NCBI GenBank assembly: GCA_045863395.1
Contig: BTVJ01000036.1
Location: 1 to 64,000, forward strand
Source: Myxococcales bacterium
GTDB lineage: Bacteria; Myxococcota_A; UBA9042; JABWCM01; BTVJ01
DNA length: 64,000 nt
Direction of reading: 5' to 3'
Both the position numbers and the translations under genes were made by a program. The notes beneath the pieces were generated by a model that saw nothing but the letters and a program-made list of their open reading frames with translations, was not told where the DNA came from and did no database searches. Below, piece after piece: positions 1 to 9,854 of the stretch; within the stretch, counting starts at the first letter, position 1; every line of letters starts with the position of its first letter.

Positions 1-3000
1 GGGCCATGGGGCCGTAGCTGCCCACGTAGCTCTGCACCACGTAGGCTGCGACCACGTTGATCAGGGTCTCCTGGAGGGCGTCGCTCTGCCGCTCCTGCCC
101 GAGCAGGTGGTCCAGGTACAGGCGCCGCAGGCTGCGCATGCCGCCGATGCCGCCGCCCTGGGTGTTGGCGACCCGAGCCGGGTGCAGGTGCCGGAGCAGC
201 TCCTCCGGCGTCAGGCCCGCCGACACGAAGGCGTCCACCGTGGCCACCAGGTTCATGAGGGAGAGGCGGTCCACGGAGCCGGCCATCTCCGCCGGGATGC
301 CGTGGCGCTGCGGGTCGAACCCGTCGGGCACGGCGCCGGCCACGCGGCGGCTCAAGCGCACCTGCCGCGGGACGCGCACCTCGGCGCCCGCGAGCCGGGT
401 GACGCGCCAGGCGCCGCCGTCCTGCTCCACGCGGGTGTGCTCCGGGTCCGCGTCGACGAAGCTCCGGGCCTCGTCGAGGGAGCCCACGGGGAAGCTGAAG
501 TCCCGCTCCAGGTAGACGGTGGCCAGGACCGGCAGGCGCGCCGGGTCGAAGCCGGCGCCCCGAGGGTCCAGCAGGCGGACGCCCGCCCGCCCGAGGACCT
601 CCGCCTCGTAGCGCTCCCGGATCTGCGCCTCGGGCACCTCCTCACCGCTCTCCACGTCCACCCACCGGTGGTCCTCGTAGCGGATGAGGCCCGTCACCCA
701 CGCCAGCTCCAGCGCGCCGGCCGCCGAGAGCCCCCCGTTGAGCTCCACCTCGAAGCGGGTGCGGGAGCTGCCCCACGGGCCCACCTCGCCCATCCCCACG
801 ATGACGACGGTCTCGTCCAGGCGGGCGGCACATGCGGGCCAGCGAAGGGGGGCCCGCCGCGAGGCAGGCAGCCACTCCGGCAGGGGGACGACCGTGGGCG
901 GCACCGCGGGCTCCCCGGCGAGCGCGGCCTCTCGCCGCGCCAGGTCGGCCCGCCTGCGCCGCGCCCCGAGCTGCGCCTCGATCCCCTCGCGCACCCCCTG
1001 TACCAGCTCCCGCAAGCCCGTGGCCGCCCCGAGCCCTCCGGTCAGATCCGCGCGGAGCGGGGCCACCAGGGCAGCGCCCCTCGCTTCGGGCGTGCACAGC
1101 GCCGCCACCAGGAGCCCCATCTCGGGCGACGAGAAGGTACGGATGCCCGCCTCCCGCTCCAGCGCCTCCGCCACGGCGTCGTTCTGGTCCATGAGGCCCG
1201 TGCCGCGCACCCAGCCGATGCGGGCGGCGCACAGCGTCATGGCGCGCCCCCACGCGTCGTGCTCGCTCTGCCAGCGGGCGGCGAGCACCTCCAGCGCCGC
1301 CTTGCCCTCGGCGTAGGCGCCGTCTCCACCGAAGCTCCCGTGGTTGGGAGACAGCGGCAGCACGACGTGACAGCGCCGGGACAGCAGGCCGTCGCGCCCA
1401 TAGCGGGCGGCGATGCCCCCCACCAGGCGCTCCACCCCGACGAGCATGGCGCGCAGGGCGGCCTCCGACCGGGCTCCCATGGTGTCCAGGGTCGCCAGGT
1501 CCTTCAGCGCGGCGAAGGGCAGCACCAGGTCCGGGGCGAAGGGGCGCTTCGTCACCTGGGCCGCCGCGCCCACCTGCTCCACGACGGGATCGAAGAGCCA
1601 GGCGACCAGCGCGTCCGCGTCCTGGCGCGAGGCCTGGTTGAAGGGGACCACGTGCAGCTCCGCCCCGGGGCCCGCCGCGCGCTGGTACAGGCGCCGGTAG
1701 TACAGCAGGCGGTCGCGGGTGTAGGTGGAGGTGGTCACCACCACGCGTGCGCCGCCACGCAGGAGGTGCCCCACCGCCTCCACGGCGATGGAGCCGGGGC
1801 TCGCGCCGGTGACCAGCGCGGTGGTGCCCGCCAGCGAGAGCGGCCGCTGGATCGCCTCCCGCAGCGCCGCGCCCAGCGAGAACCCTGGACCCTCGGCGCT
1901 GGCGTGACCGCTCGCCGTGACCTCCTCCACCCACCGGGCGAGGGCGTCCTCGCGCTCATCCGGCACCTCGCGCGGGGCACCGGCGTCGTCGAGGTGCGGG
2001 CGGGACGGCGTCACGGCGTAGGGGGCCGCGCCATCGCCTGCCGCGATGCGGGCCAGCGCGTCCGCGAGGGGGCCCTGCGCTCGCCCACCATACCAGCGCG
2101 CCGTCGCGGCCACCCCGGCGTCGGCCCCGAAGATCGCCAGCCTCGCAGCCTCACGCGCCAGCTCCCGAGGCGACGGCTCGGGCCCCAGGGCCAGGCGCGC
2201 CACGTCGCGGCGGGCCCACGCCCAGCAGGAGGCCAGCGCAACGTGCTTCCGCCGGTCGAAGGCAGGGGTGACGAGCGCTGCGTACTCGGCGCCCAGCTCT
2301 CCTTCATAGAGGGCGAGGCGCTCCGCCGACTCGTCCGGCTCGGGCACACCCCCTGCGACCGTCCCACCGAGGCGGGTCGCCAGCTCCCGCGCCGTCTGCA
2401 TCAGGACGCCGCCGGGCCCGAGCAGCTCGTTGCGCAGCTCCTGCACGGCGCCGGCGTCCACCGCTCCGCCGGCCACCTCTCCCCGTCTCTGCAGCGGCAG
2501 CCCCAGGCGAGCGCCCACCATGGACGCCACCCGATCGAGGAGCTCGAGCGCCGCGCCACGCCCCTCCGGCGCCGCCCCCGCGAGCTGCCCCAGCGCCCCG
2601 CCCCGCGCCGATGCGCCCTCCCGCACCTCCAGCGTGAGCGCCGCGATGACCGCCTCGGTCAGCCCCGCCCCCAGCCCCCACGTCTGGTCCAGCCAGGCGC
2701 CGATGTCCTTCCGGCCCAGGCCCGCGCGGCGGCCGAGCACCTTCTTGATGGCCTCGTCCTCCGCCGCCCTCAGGTAACGCCCGGGCGCCGTATAGCGGGC
2801 CCGCCGCTCCAGCTCCCGCGCCAGCTCCCCGATGGGGCGCTCGTGGGCGCCGTCCATGGTGCCCAGGGACAGCTCGGCGCCGATGTCGAGCAGCACCTGG
2901 TTGCGCCGCGAGGAGACGCCGTCGAACAGCTCGTCGATGGACTCCCGCTCATCGATCTGCTCGGGCCGCACCCGCGCCTGCGCCGCCAGGATGAAGCGCA

Positions 3001-6000
3001 GGGCGTCACCGGCCGTGAAGGGGCGGTCCACGGGAGCGCCGCCCGCAGGCGCGAGGGGCGCGGCAGACGCGAGGGGCGCCACGACGGGGGGACCGACCGG
3101 AGCGCCCCCCGTCGCGGTCGGGGGTGGTCCCTCCGCCTCCGCCTCCGCCGCCGCCTCGCCGGAGCCGTCGTCCACCTCGTCGCGGCACAGCACCCGCGCC
3201 AGGTCCGCCTCCGCGTGGAGCACCTCCACGGCCGCGGACCCCAGCGACGAGCGCAGCATGTTGACGAGGGTCGGCTGGTGGCCGGGGCCCACCTCGATGA
3301 CCCGCTCGACGCCGAGGCCGCCCTGCTCCAGCGGACGCAGCAGCGCCTCCTGCACCTCGATCCACCGCACCGGGCTCGCGAACTGCCACGCGAGCAGCTC
3401 CACCAGCAGCTCCCGGGCCAGCACACGGGGCGACAGCTCGTCGAAGCGGGCCAACAGGTCCACCACGGCCTCAGACGCCGTCAGCTCCCGGAGCGCCTCC
3501 GCAAACTCGCGCGTGAGCGCAAAGGGCACCGGGAGCAGATCCGGCACGTAGCGACCGACCAGCCTCTGCTCGTCGACCTCCGCCGGCAGGTGGCGGCGCA
3601 GGGCCTCGCGGAAGCTCCCCACCCCGGCCCGCAGCAGCTCCGAGTGGAAGGGCACGTCGATGCCCGGCACGTCCACCCACGCGGGCTTGCCCCCTGGCAC
3701 CGTCCGCTCCCCGAGCGCGCGCGCGAGGGCCGCGAGGGCGTCGGCGTGCCCCGTGACCGCGTACTGGCGCCCCCGGACGTTGTAGTTCACGATCTGGGCG
3801 AAGCGCCCTCCCTTGCGCACCTCGGAGACCAGCGCCTCCACCTCGTACTGGCTCAACCCCGCCAGGTGGGGCCGCACGACGCCCATGCGGTAGCCGCTCT
3901 CGCCGGCGGCGTCACGCCCGACGAGGCCGTGCATCACGAGGCCCCGCTGGTAGACCAGCTCGACGAGGGCCTCCACCGGCAGAACGTGCGCAATGGCCCC
4001 CAGCGCGTTGTACTCCCCGACACTGTGCCCGGCTGCGACGGCGTCCTCCACGAGGACGCCCGCCTCCCGCAGCTCCTCGACCTGGGCGCGGGCCATCACC
4101 GCCATGGCGACCTGGGTGAGCTGCGTCAGGTGGAGCACCCCCTCCGGGTGGACCACCGACGATCCATCCACCACCAGCTCCTTCGGGTTGTCGCGCACCA
4201 CCCGCAGAATGGAGAACCCGAGCCGCCCTCTGGTGTGGGCGTCCGCCCGGTCCCAGACGGCGCGAGCGGCGGCGGAGCGCCCGTACCCCTCCATGCCCAT
4301 GCCCTGCCGCTGGACCCCCTGCCCCGGGAACACGTAGGCCGTCCGCGGCGGCGCCACCCAGGCTACCGCGCGCACCACCGGCACCTCGGGGTCTCGCAGC
4401 GCCGTGGCCACGAGCTCCACCCGCAGCGCGCCGCCGCGCACGCCGGTCCGGTGCGCCTCCAAGCGCAGCACCTCGCCGGGAAGCGCCGGCGCCATGAAGC
4501 TCGCCGCAAACTCCGTCACCCGCCGCGCCTCGCCCACGGCCTCCACCACCAGGGAGTGGAGGCGCGCGGCGGACCACATGCCATGGACGATGGGCCCGCC
4601 GAGGCCCGCCAGGCGCGCGGCGAGCACGCTGCGGTGGATGGGGTTGAGATCCCCACTGCACTCGGCGAAGGCCGTCAGATCCTGCGGGGCGCGCACCTCC
4701 GTCGCCGCGAGCCTCAGGCGGGGCGTCTCGACCACCGCGTCACCCGCTCCCAGCACCTGCGCCAGGGCCCGCAGCGGGTGCACCCTGGCGTCACGACGCA
4801 CGTCGAGCTCGATGGTCCCCACCCGCTCGTCGCCCCGCAGCAGCACGCCCCTCGCGCCGAACCGCGGCGTCCCCTCCCGGGGCCGCTCCTCGTCCAGCTC
4901 CGCCCGCAGGGTCAGCTCGCACGGAGCCCAACTCCACGCAGCGTCCAGCGTGACCCCCTCGTGCTCCCGCAGGTGCTCGAAGGCGCCCGGGTCCTCCACC
5001 CGCAGCGTCGCAAGGAACGGCTCCCGCGCCCGCACGGTCCACGGGGTACGCCCGAAGTCGCCCCTCACGAAGAACCGCGAGCGCACCACGGCGCCGTCCT
5101 CGGCGAGCGTAGAGATCACACGCCCCTTGGCCGTGTCCTCGACCCGCGTCACCCGCGCGGCGATCCGAGCCCCCTGCCCCGCCACCGGCCACCCGCCCCT
5201 CTCGACTTCGTTGTCCAGGTGGACCAGGCGCAGCATGTCCGGGCACGCGTCCGGGCAGGCGAGGACCCGCAGCAGCGGCTCCCACCCCAGCGAGAAGGCC
5301 AGGCTCAGCGGAGGCTCCCCCACCGGCGCCGCTGTGAGCGCGGCGTACCCCTGCACCCTCCCAGGCTCCACCACGCCCTCCCCCACCGCCTCTTCGAACA
5401 GCCCCACCGGCTCCACCGGAGCCCCCACCAGCGCCGCGTCGTAGAACCGACGCACGGCCTCGGCGCGCTCCTCTGGCGCCATGTGGAAGGCCCCACCAAC
5501 GTGCGTCAACGCAAGCACGAGGTCCGCGTCCCCGCAGCGGGCGGTCAGCCGCGCACCCTCCCCCTCCACGACCACGTGCACCTCCTCCCCCTGGTGGGGG
5601 CGGGCCGGGTGGTAGCGCAGGCTGGTTGCCGTGTCACCGTTCGCGTCCACGCGCAGGCTCGCCCCCGCCTCGCACACACACAGCTCCCACAGGGGGTTGG
5701 GCACGGACCGCCGCCCCTCGAAGACCCTCGGCGCCCTGAGCAGCGCGGAGAGCACCCCACGGAAGCGCGCGCCGATCACCGGCAGCCAGCTCGCATCCTC
5801 GTGCATCCCTCGCAGGGTCACGCCGCGCGCGTCCTGCTCCACCAGCACGCTGGACGGCCACTGCGCCTCGAGGGCCTCCCCGACCTCGCATCGCCCTTCG
5901 AGCGCCGCCACGAACCGCTCCAGCAGCTCACCGATGGGCTCGTCCGCCCGCAGGATACCCGCCACCGCCTCCGGCCCCGGGATGACCAGCACCTGATCCG

Positions 6001-8668
6001 CGTCAAAGCGGGCGTCGTGGGACGCCCAGAGCGAGTCGGCCTTGAACCACCGGCGCACGCCCTCATCGATCACCGGCACGAAGGGAACGGGCTTGCCGGG
6101 GCGCGCGCACACGGAGTGGACGAACCAGTCCGCGTCCGCCGGGTGGACGCGGCGGGTCCGGGCCTCGGGATACCGCTCCGCGAAGCGCTCCAGCACCCTC
6201 TGCGGCTCGTCCAGCGCGTCCAGACTGCCGAGCACGCTCTCGCCCCCGACCCCGAGCCGCGCCTCCCCGCGCCGCAGCATGTCCGCGACCCGCTCCCGCC
6301 ACGTCCGGTCGAGCCACGGCCCGTCCTCGTAGCGTCCAAAGCGGCCCAGCGCCATCAGCGCCACCATGCGCTCCAGGGCCGCGAGCCAGGTCATGTCCGC
6401 CACGTCGCCGAAGTAGGGCCGTGAGGTGCGCGACAGCGCGTCCACGATCTCGGCGCGACGCGCCCGGACCGCCGCGGCGTCCCCCGCCACCTCATCGAGG
6501 AGCCGCCCGCACCGCGCCGCGCTCGACTCCAGGTAGTGGATGTCCGCGTCGAGCTGGCTCCGACCCGACGTCACCCCTCCCTCCACCTGCCCGCGCAGCA
6601 CCCAGGCCGCGGTCCCGCTCGCCGCGACCAGCGCCGCCTTCACCTGCGGCGACGTCGCCGCCTCCGCGCAGGCCATGGCGAGGGTCCCGATGAGCACCGC
6701 GTCGACGGGCATGGGCCTGAGCCCGTACCGCGTAGCCCACTCGCCGGTCAGCAGATCGGCGGCCCTCCCTTCACTGCCGATGCCGCCACCAGCGCAGAGC
6801 ACCAGGTTCTGCTGCTCCCGAATCATGTGGTAGGTGTCGAGGAGGAGCTGGTCCAGGTCCTCGAAGGAGTGATGACCGCCGGCCTTGCCCCCCTCCAGGT
6901 GCAGGAAGAGGGTGTGGCTCGGCGCCGCGCGCGCGATGCGCACCACCTGCTCCACCTGGGCCACGGTCCCCGGCTTGAAGCCGTTCTGCCACAGCCCCGC
7001 CGCCGCGAACGTCTCCAAGAGCGCCACCGCCTCGTCCACGTCGGGAACGCCAGCGCTGATGGTCACACCGCAGATCGGCGCCCCGGCCCGCCGCGCCTCC
7101 AGCACCAGGCCCGCGCGGCGCACGTGCAGATCCCACAGCCAGGGGTCCAGGTAGAGGGCGTTGAACAGCACCTCGCGGCCCGGCTCCAGCCGCTCCGCCA
7201 GCTCCTCCAGGCGCAGGCGGAAGATCCGCTCGGTGACCTGCCCCCCTCCGGCCAGCTCGGCCGTGAAGCCGGCGTTGGCGGCGGCGGCGACGATGCCGGC
7301 GTCGGCGGTCGTCGGGGTCATGCCCGCCAGGATGACCGGCGGGCGGCCGGTGGCGCGGGTGTACCGGTTCTCCAGGCGCGGCGTGGGGTCCTCCACCCTT
7401 CGGGGCGCCAGGTCCGCGTACCGAAGCGCGGGGGCCTCCTCGGCGGGCCGGAACAGGGCGCTGCGCTCGGACGGCAGCGCCACGGCGTGCACCCTCACCC
7501 CACTGCCGCGCAGCAGCGACCGGGTGAGCCGCGCCACCCCCTCGCCGGGCCCGAGGTCGAGGACGTGGTCGACGCCACGGAGCCCCTCCACTGTGGCCGG
7601 CCACCGCACGGGGCGGACGAACTGGCTGACCAGCAGCTCCTCCACGAGGTCCGGGGAGTCGTTGAGCCGCTCACCGGTGGCCGGCGAGATCACGTCCAGG
7701 TGGAGCGGGCCGGCAGCGAACCCCAAGGCACGGACGCTCTCCCGCATGGCGTCGAGCCCCGCCTGCATGTGGGGCGAGTGGAACGCCGCCCCCACAGCGA
7801 GATCCTCCCAGGTCACGCGCAGCGGGCGCCCGCCGAGGCGCCCCTCCTTGCGGAGCCGCCCCTCCGCCGCCTCCCTGGCCTCGAGCGCCGCACGCAGCGC
7901 CGCCAGAGACGGCGCGGTCCCGCTGACCACGTGGCGGGTCCGGGTGTTGTGGAGGGCGACGACCGGATCCGACTGCCCCCGCGCGCGATGCACGCCCTCC
8001 AGGGTCCGGCGCAGCTCGTCCAGCGTCGGCCCGCTGATCGCCGCCATGGGAGCGCCCTCGCCCCGCACACGGCCCCCGAAGCTCTGCGCCATGTGCAGCC
8101 CCTGCCACGCGAAGTACCGCACCACGTCCACGAAGCGTGGGAGGCGCACCGCCCCGCCGGGGCTCTCTGCGACCACCAGCGCCGCCATCATCCCCTGGGA
8201 GTGACCCGTGGCGACGGGGATGGCCCCCGCCGTCACGGCGGCAGCGAGCCCCTCGTCGAAGAGCGCCTGCCACGTGGCGATCTGCGTGATGAAGATCAGC
8301 GGCTGGGAGACGGCGGACGATGCGAGGTAGGCCGTCTCCGGGCGCCGCGCCTCGTCCCGGACCCAGCGGGACACGTCGAGGCCGCGCTCGTAGAGCCCGC
8401 TCCACCGAAACTCGCGGCGCCCGAGCAGCTCCACGAGCGCTCCAGTCGCCGCGTCGACCCAGGCCCGCACCCCGGGCGACTCCCGCTCCAGGACCGCCAG
8501 CTCGTCCAGGCAGGGAGCCCCTTGCCCACCGAAGCACACGGCAGCCCGCGTCGTGCCCAGGGCGAGCCGCTCCGCCAGCGACAGGGCGTGGTGTTCGCCG
8601 AAGCGCCGGTCCTGACGCCCCTCGCCCGCCTCGTGCCCTGCCACCGGATGGATCGAATCAGTGATCAT
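1..8668 (-). CDS. fas: Type I (single-chain, mycobacterial/fungal-type) fatty acid synthase, AT-ER-DH-MPT-ACP-KR-KS; 3' end beyond window edge
   Basis: Absent from the ORF track, consistent with no stop before the window edge. ATG at 8668 with GAGGAG RBS; the first and last codons share one register. Motifs translated by hand, in order: AVCFGGQG and ATGHSQG (AT, ~8540/8200); HLEGGKAGGHHSFEDL (FMN enoyl reductase, ~6870); FAECSGDLNPIH and PIVHGMW (MaoC-like DH, ~4580-4670); AGHSVGEYNAL (MPT, ~4010); FDGVSSRRNQVLLDIGAEL (ACP Ser, ~2900); LVTGASPGSIA and SPNHGSFGGDGAYAEGK (KR, ~1800/1320); LQETLINVVAAYVVQSYVGSYGPM (KS, 1-80). Confidence 0.93.
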   Translation of the reverse strand, partial: MITDSIHPVAGHEAGEGRQDRRFGEHHALSLAERLALGTTRAAVCFGGQGAPCLDELAVLERESPGVRAWVDAATGALVELLGRREFRWSGLYERGLDVSRWVRDEARRPETAYLASSAVSQPLIFITQIATWQALFDEGLAAAVTAGAIPVATGHSQGMMAALVVAESPGGAVRLPRFVDVVRYFAWQGLHMAQSFGGRVRGEGAPMAAISGPTLDELRRTLEGVHRARGQSDPVVALHNTRTRHVVSGTAPSLAALRAALEAREAAEGRLRKEGRLGGRPLRVTWEDLAVGAAFHSPHMQAGLDAMRESVRALGFAAGPLHLDVISPATGERLNDSPDLVEELLVSQFVRPVRWPATVEGLRGVDHVLDLGPGEGVARLTRSLLRGSGVRVHAVALPSERSALFRPAEEAPALRYADLAPRRVEDPTPRLENRYTRATGRPPVILAGMTPTTADAGIVAAAANAGFTAELAGGGQVTERIFRLRLEELAERLEPGREVLFNALYLDPWLWDLHVRRAGLVLEARRAGAPICGVTISAGVPDVDEAVALLETFAAAGLWQNGFKPGTVAQVEQVVRIARAAPSHTLFLHLEGGKAGGHHSFEDLDQLLLDTYHMIREQQNLVLCAGGGIGSEGRAADLLTGEWATRYGLRPMPVDAVLIGTLAMACAEAATSPQVKAALVAASGTAAWVLRGQVEGGVTSGRSQLDADIHYLESSAARCGRLLDEVAGDAAAVRARRAEIVDALSRTSRPYFGDVADMTWLAALERMVALMALGRFGRYEDGPWLDRTWRERVADMLRRGEARLGVGGESVLGSLDALDEPQRVLERFAERYPEARTRRVHPADADWFVHSVCARPGKPVPFVPVIDEGVRRWFKADSLWASHDARFDADQVLVIPGPEAVAGILRADEPIGELLERFVAALEGRCEVGEALEAQWPSSVLVEQDARGVTLRGMHEDASWLPVIGARFRGVLSALLRAPRVFEGRRSVPNPLWELCVCEAGASLRVDANGDTATSLRYHPARPHQGEEVHVVVEGEGARLTARCGDADLVLALTHVGGAFHMAPEERAEAVRRFYDAALVGAPVEPVGLFEEAVGEGVVEPGRVQGYAALTAAPVGEPPLSLAFSLGWEPLLRVLACPDACPDMLRLVHLDNEVERGGWPVAGQGARIAARVTRVEDTAKGRVISTLAEDGAVVRSRFFVRGDFGRTPWTVRAREPFLATLRVEDPGAFEHLREHEGVTLDAAWSWAPCELTLRAELDEERPREGTPRFGARGVLLRGDERVGTIELDVRRDARVHPLRALAQVLGAGDAVVETPRLRLAATEVRAPQDLTAFAECSGDLNPIHRSVLAARLAGLGGPIVHGMWSAARLHSLVVEAVGEARRVTEFAASFMAPALPGEVLRLEAHRTGVRGGALRVELVATALRDPEVPVVRAVAWVAPPRTAYVFPGQGVQRQGMGMEGYGRSAAARAVWDRADAHTRGRLGFSILRVVRDNPKELVVDGSSVVHPEGVLHLTQLTQVAMAVMARAQVEELREAGVLVEDAVAAGHSVGEYNALGAIAHVLPVEALVELVYQRGLVMHGLVGRDAAGESGYRMGVVRPHLAGLSQYEVEALVSEVRKGGRFAQIVNYNVRGRQYAVTGHADALAALARALGERTVPGGKPAWVDVPGIDVPFHSELLRAGVGSFREALRRHLPAEVDEQRLVGRYVPDLLPVPFALTREFAEALRELTASEAVVDLLARFDELSPRVLARELLVELLAWQFASPVRWIEVQEALLRPLEQGGLGVERVIEVGPGHQPTLVNMLRSSLGSAAVEVLHAEADLARVLCRDEVDDGSGEAAAEAEAEGPPPTATGGAPVGPPVVAPLASAAPLAPAGGAPVDRPFTAGDALRFILAAQARVRPEQIDERESIDELFDGVSSRRNQVLLDIGAELSLGTMDGAHERPIGELARELERRARYTAPGRYLRAAEDEAIKKVLGRRAGLGRKDIGAWLDQTWGLGAGLTEAVIAALTLEVREGASARGGALGQLAGAAPEGRGAALELLDRVASMVGARLGLPLQRRGEVAGGAVDAGAVQELRNELLGPGGVLMQTARELATRLGGTVAGGVPEPDESAERLALYEGELGAEYAALVTPAFDRRKHVALASCWAWARRDVARLALGPEPSPRELAREAARLAIFGADAGVAATARWYGGRAQGPLADALARIAAGDGAAPYAVTPSRPHLDDAGAPREVPDEREDALARWVEEVTASGHASAEGPGFSLGAALREAIQRPLSLAGTTALVTGASPGSIAVEAVGHLLRGGARVVVTTSTYTRDRLLYYRRLYQRAAGPGAELHVVPFNQASRQDADALVAWLFDPVVEQVGAAAQVTKRPFAPDLVLPFAALKDLATLDTMGARSEAALRAMLVGVERLVGGIAARYGRDGLLSRRCHVVLPLSPNHGSFGGDGAYAEGKAALEVLAARWQSEHDAWGRAMTLCAARIGWVRGTGLMDQNDAVAEALEREAGIRTFSSPEMGLLVAALCTPEARGAALVAPLRADLTGGLGAATGLRELVQGVREGIEAQLGARRRRADLARREAALAGEPAVPPTVVPLPEWLPASRRAPLRWPACAARLDETVVIVGMGEVGPWGSSRTRFEVELNGGLSAAGALELAWVTGLIRYEDHRWVDVESGEEVPEAQIRERYEAEVLGRAGVRLLDPRGAGFDPARLPVLATVYLERDFSFPVGSLDEARSFVDADPEHTRVEQDGGAWRVTRLAGAEVRVPRQVRLSRRVAGAVPDGFDPQRHGIPAEMAGSVDRLSLMNLVATVDAFVSAGLTPEELLRHLHPARVANTQGGGIGGMRSLRRLYLDHLLGQERQSDALQETLINVVAAYVVQSYVGSYGPMA

Positions 8669-8714
8669 CCCACGCTCCTCGCCTTCTGGAACGCGCGCTG
8701 GGTGCGCGTCGAAA

Positions 8715-8730
8715 CAGACCGACCAGTCTA
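8715..8730. promoter_or_regulatory. Operator-like imperfect palindrome CAGACCGACCAGTCTA (box 1) in fas leader
   Basis: AGAC-N6-GTCT arms; matches box 2 with consensus YAGACC-N4-RGTCTA; lies between the putative fas promoter and RBS. Confidence 0.55.
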
Positions 8731-8744
8731 GTCGTTGGGCGCCA

Positions 8745-8774
8745 CCGATAGTCGACTTGCGGTCGATCTGTCAA
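8745..8774 (-). promoter_or_regulatory. Putative sigma70 promoter of fas (TTGACA-N18-TATCGG)
   Basis: Perfect -35 TTGACA at 8774-8769 on the minus strand; -10 is a weak match. Confidence 0.4.
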
Positions 8775-8791
8775 GAAGAGATGCGAAGAAC

Positions 8792-8807
8792 TAGACCCGG
8801 CGGTCTA
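8792..8807. promoter_or_regulatory. Operator-like palindrome TAGACCCGGCGGTCTA (box 2)
   Basis: Perfect 6-bp arms TAGACC/GGTCTA; overlaps the TAG stop of the TetR gene; just upstream of the fas -35. Confidence 0.6.
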
Positions 8808-9776
8808 CGAAGCGCCCCAAGCGGCGCGGAGCAGGCCGACGAGCGCCTCCCGGCGCAGCGGCTCCCCTGCGGAGATCGGGACGTGCCGCATCCGCTTCCC
8901 GGTACCCACGAGGAGGCCGTCGGGGTCCGGGAGGACCGCACCATGATAGAAACCGAGGTGGACCCCGTCCCGTCGCGGCTTCAGGTAACAGACGAGGCGG
9001 CCATCCCCGTAGGCCACCACCCGCCACCCGGAGATCACGCGCTCCTCCGAATCCGGGAGCGCCTGCCGCACGACGGCCCGCACGTCCAGGAACAGGCGCC
9101 GTGCCCGCTCGTCCAGCGCCGCGATCAGAGGCTCCAGCTCCGGCGACTCATCCCCGGTCTGCCTGAGCTCCCGCACCTGGCGGAACCAGCGCCCCAGCAC
9201 GCCCATGAACCGCTCGATGACTCGCCCCGCGTCGGCGTGGTCCGGGTCGGACATGTCCTGCATGAGCAGCCCCGCGTACCCCCCGAACAGGGTCCCGGCG
9301 ATGCCCTTCAGCTCGTCCTCGGTGACCATGTCCTCGAGCAGCGGCCGCAGGATCTCGGCCACTGCCGTCCGCGCGCGCCGGTAGAACTTGGACAGCGCCT
9401 CGCGCACCTCCGGCTCCCGTCGCGCGAGGACCGTCAGCTCCAGCCACAGGGGCACGATGACCCGCCCCCGGTGCAGCTCGCGGGACAGCCCCTCCGTGAA
9501 CACCCGCATGACGTCCTCGCGCCCGGTCGCGGTCTGGAACTGCTCGTAGAGCTGATCCATCACCTCCCGCGACCAGGTCTCGAGGATGTCGATGAACACC
9601 TCTTGCTTGGAGGTGTAGTGCCAGTAGAAGCTGCCCTTGGAGCTGCCGGCGGCCTCGCAGATGCCGTCGACGGTGGTGTCGTTGTACCCGAAGTCCCGCA
9701 GGCAGCGGTACGCGGCCTTGCGGAGCTGCTCACGCTTCTCCTCGCCGCTCCGCCCCTTGCGCTCGGTCCTGGGCAC
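8805..9776 (-). CDS. TetR/AcrR-family regulator fused to a C-terminal DUF1801 (YdhG-like) domain
   Basis: N-terminal HTH GYNDTTVDGICEAAGSSKGSFYWHYTSKQEVF; the last ~110 aa (LDVRAVVRQALPDSEE...VHLGFYHGAVLPDPDGLLVGTGKRMRHV) resemble DUF1801; GTG start with GGGAGG upstream. Confidence 0.85.
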   Translation of the reverse strand: MPRTERKGRSGEEKREQLRKAAYRCLRDFGYNDTTVDGICEAAGSSKGSFYWHYTSKQEVFIDILETWSREVMDQLYEQFQTATGREDVMRVFTEGLSRELHRGRVIVPLWLELTVLARREPEVREALSKFYRRARTAVAEILRPLLEDMVTEDELKGIAGTLFGGYAGLLMQDMSDPDHADAGRVIERFMGVLGRWFRQVRELRQTGDESPELEPLIAALDERARRLFLDVRAVVRQALPDSEERVISGWRVVAYGDGRLVCYLKPRRDGVHLGFYHGAVLPDPDGLLVGTGKRMRHVPISAGEPLRREALVGLLRAAWGAS

Positions 9777-9854
9777 CGCAGGCCTCCCTGGTCTGGCGCC
9801 CCTCGTACTCGACGAACGTTCGGGATGTCAAGTGGCCCCCCCGAGCCCCGAGAG

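Noticed and set aside
107..8731. Plus-strand ORFs of 2105 aa (107-6424) and 731 aa (6536-8731)
   Set aside because: Same codon register as the minus-strand fas frame; Arg/His/Pro-rich translations without motifs; antisense shadows typical of high-GC DNA.
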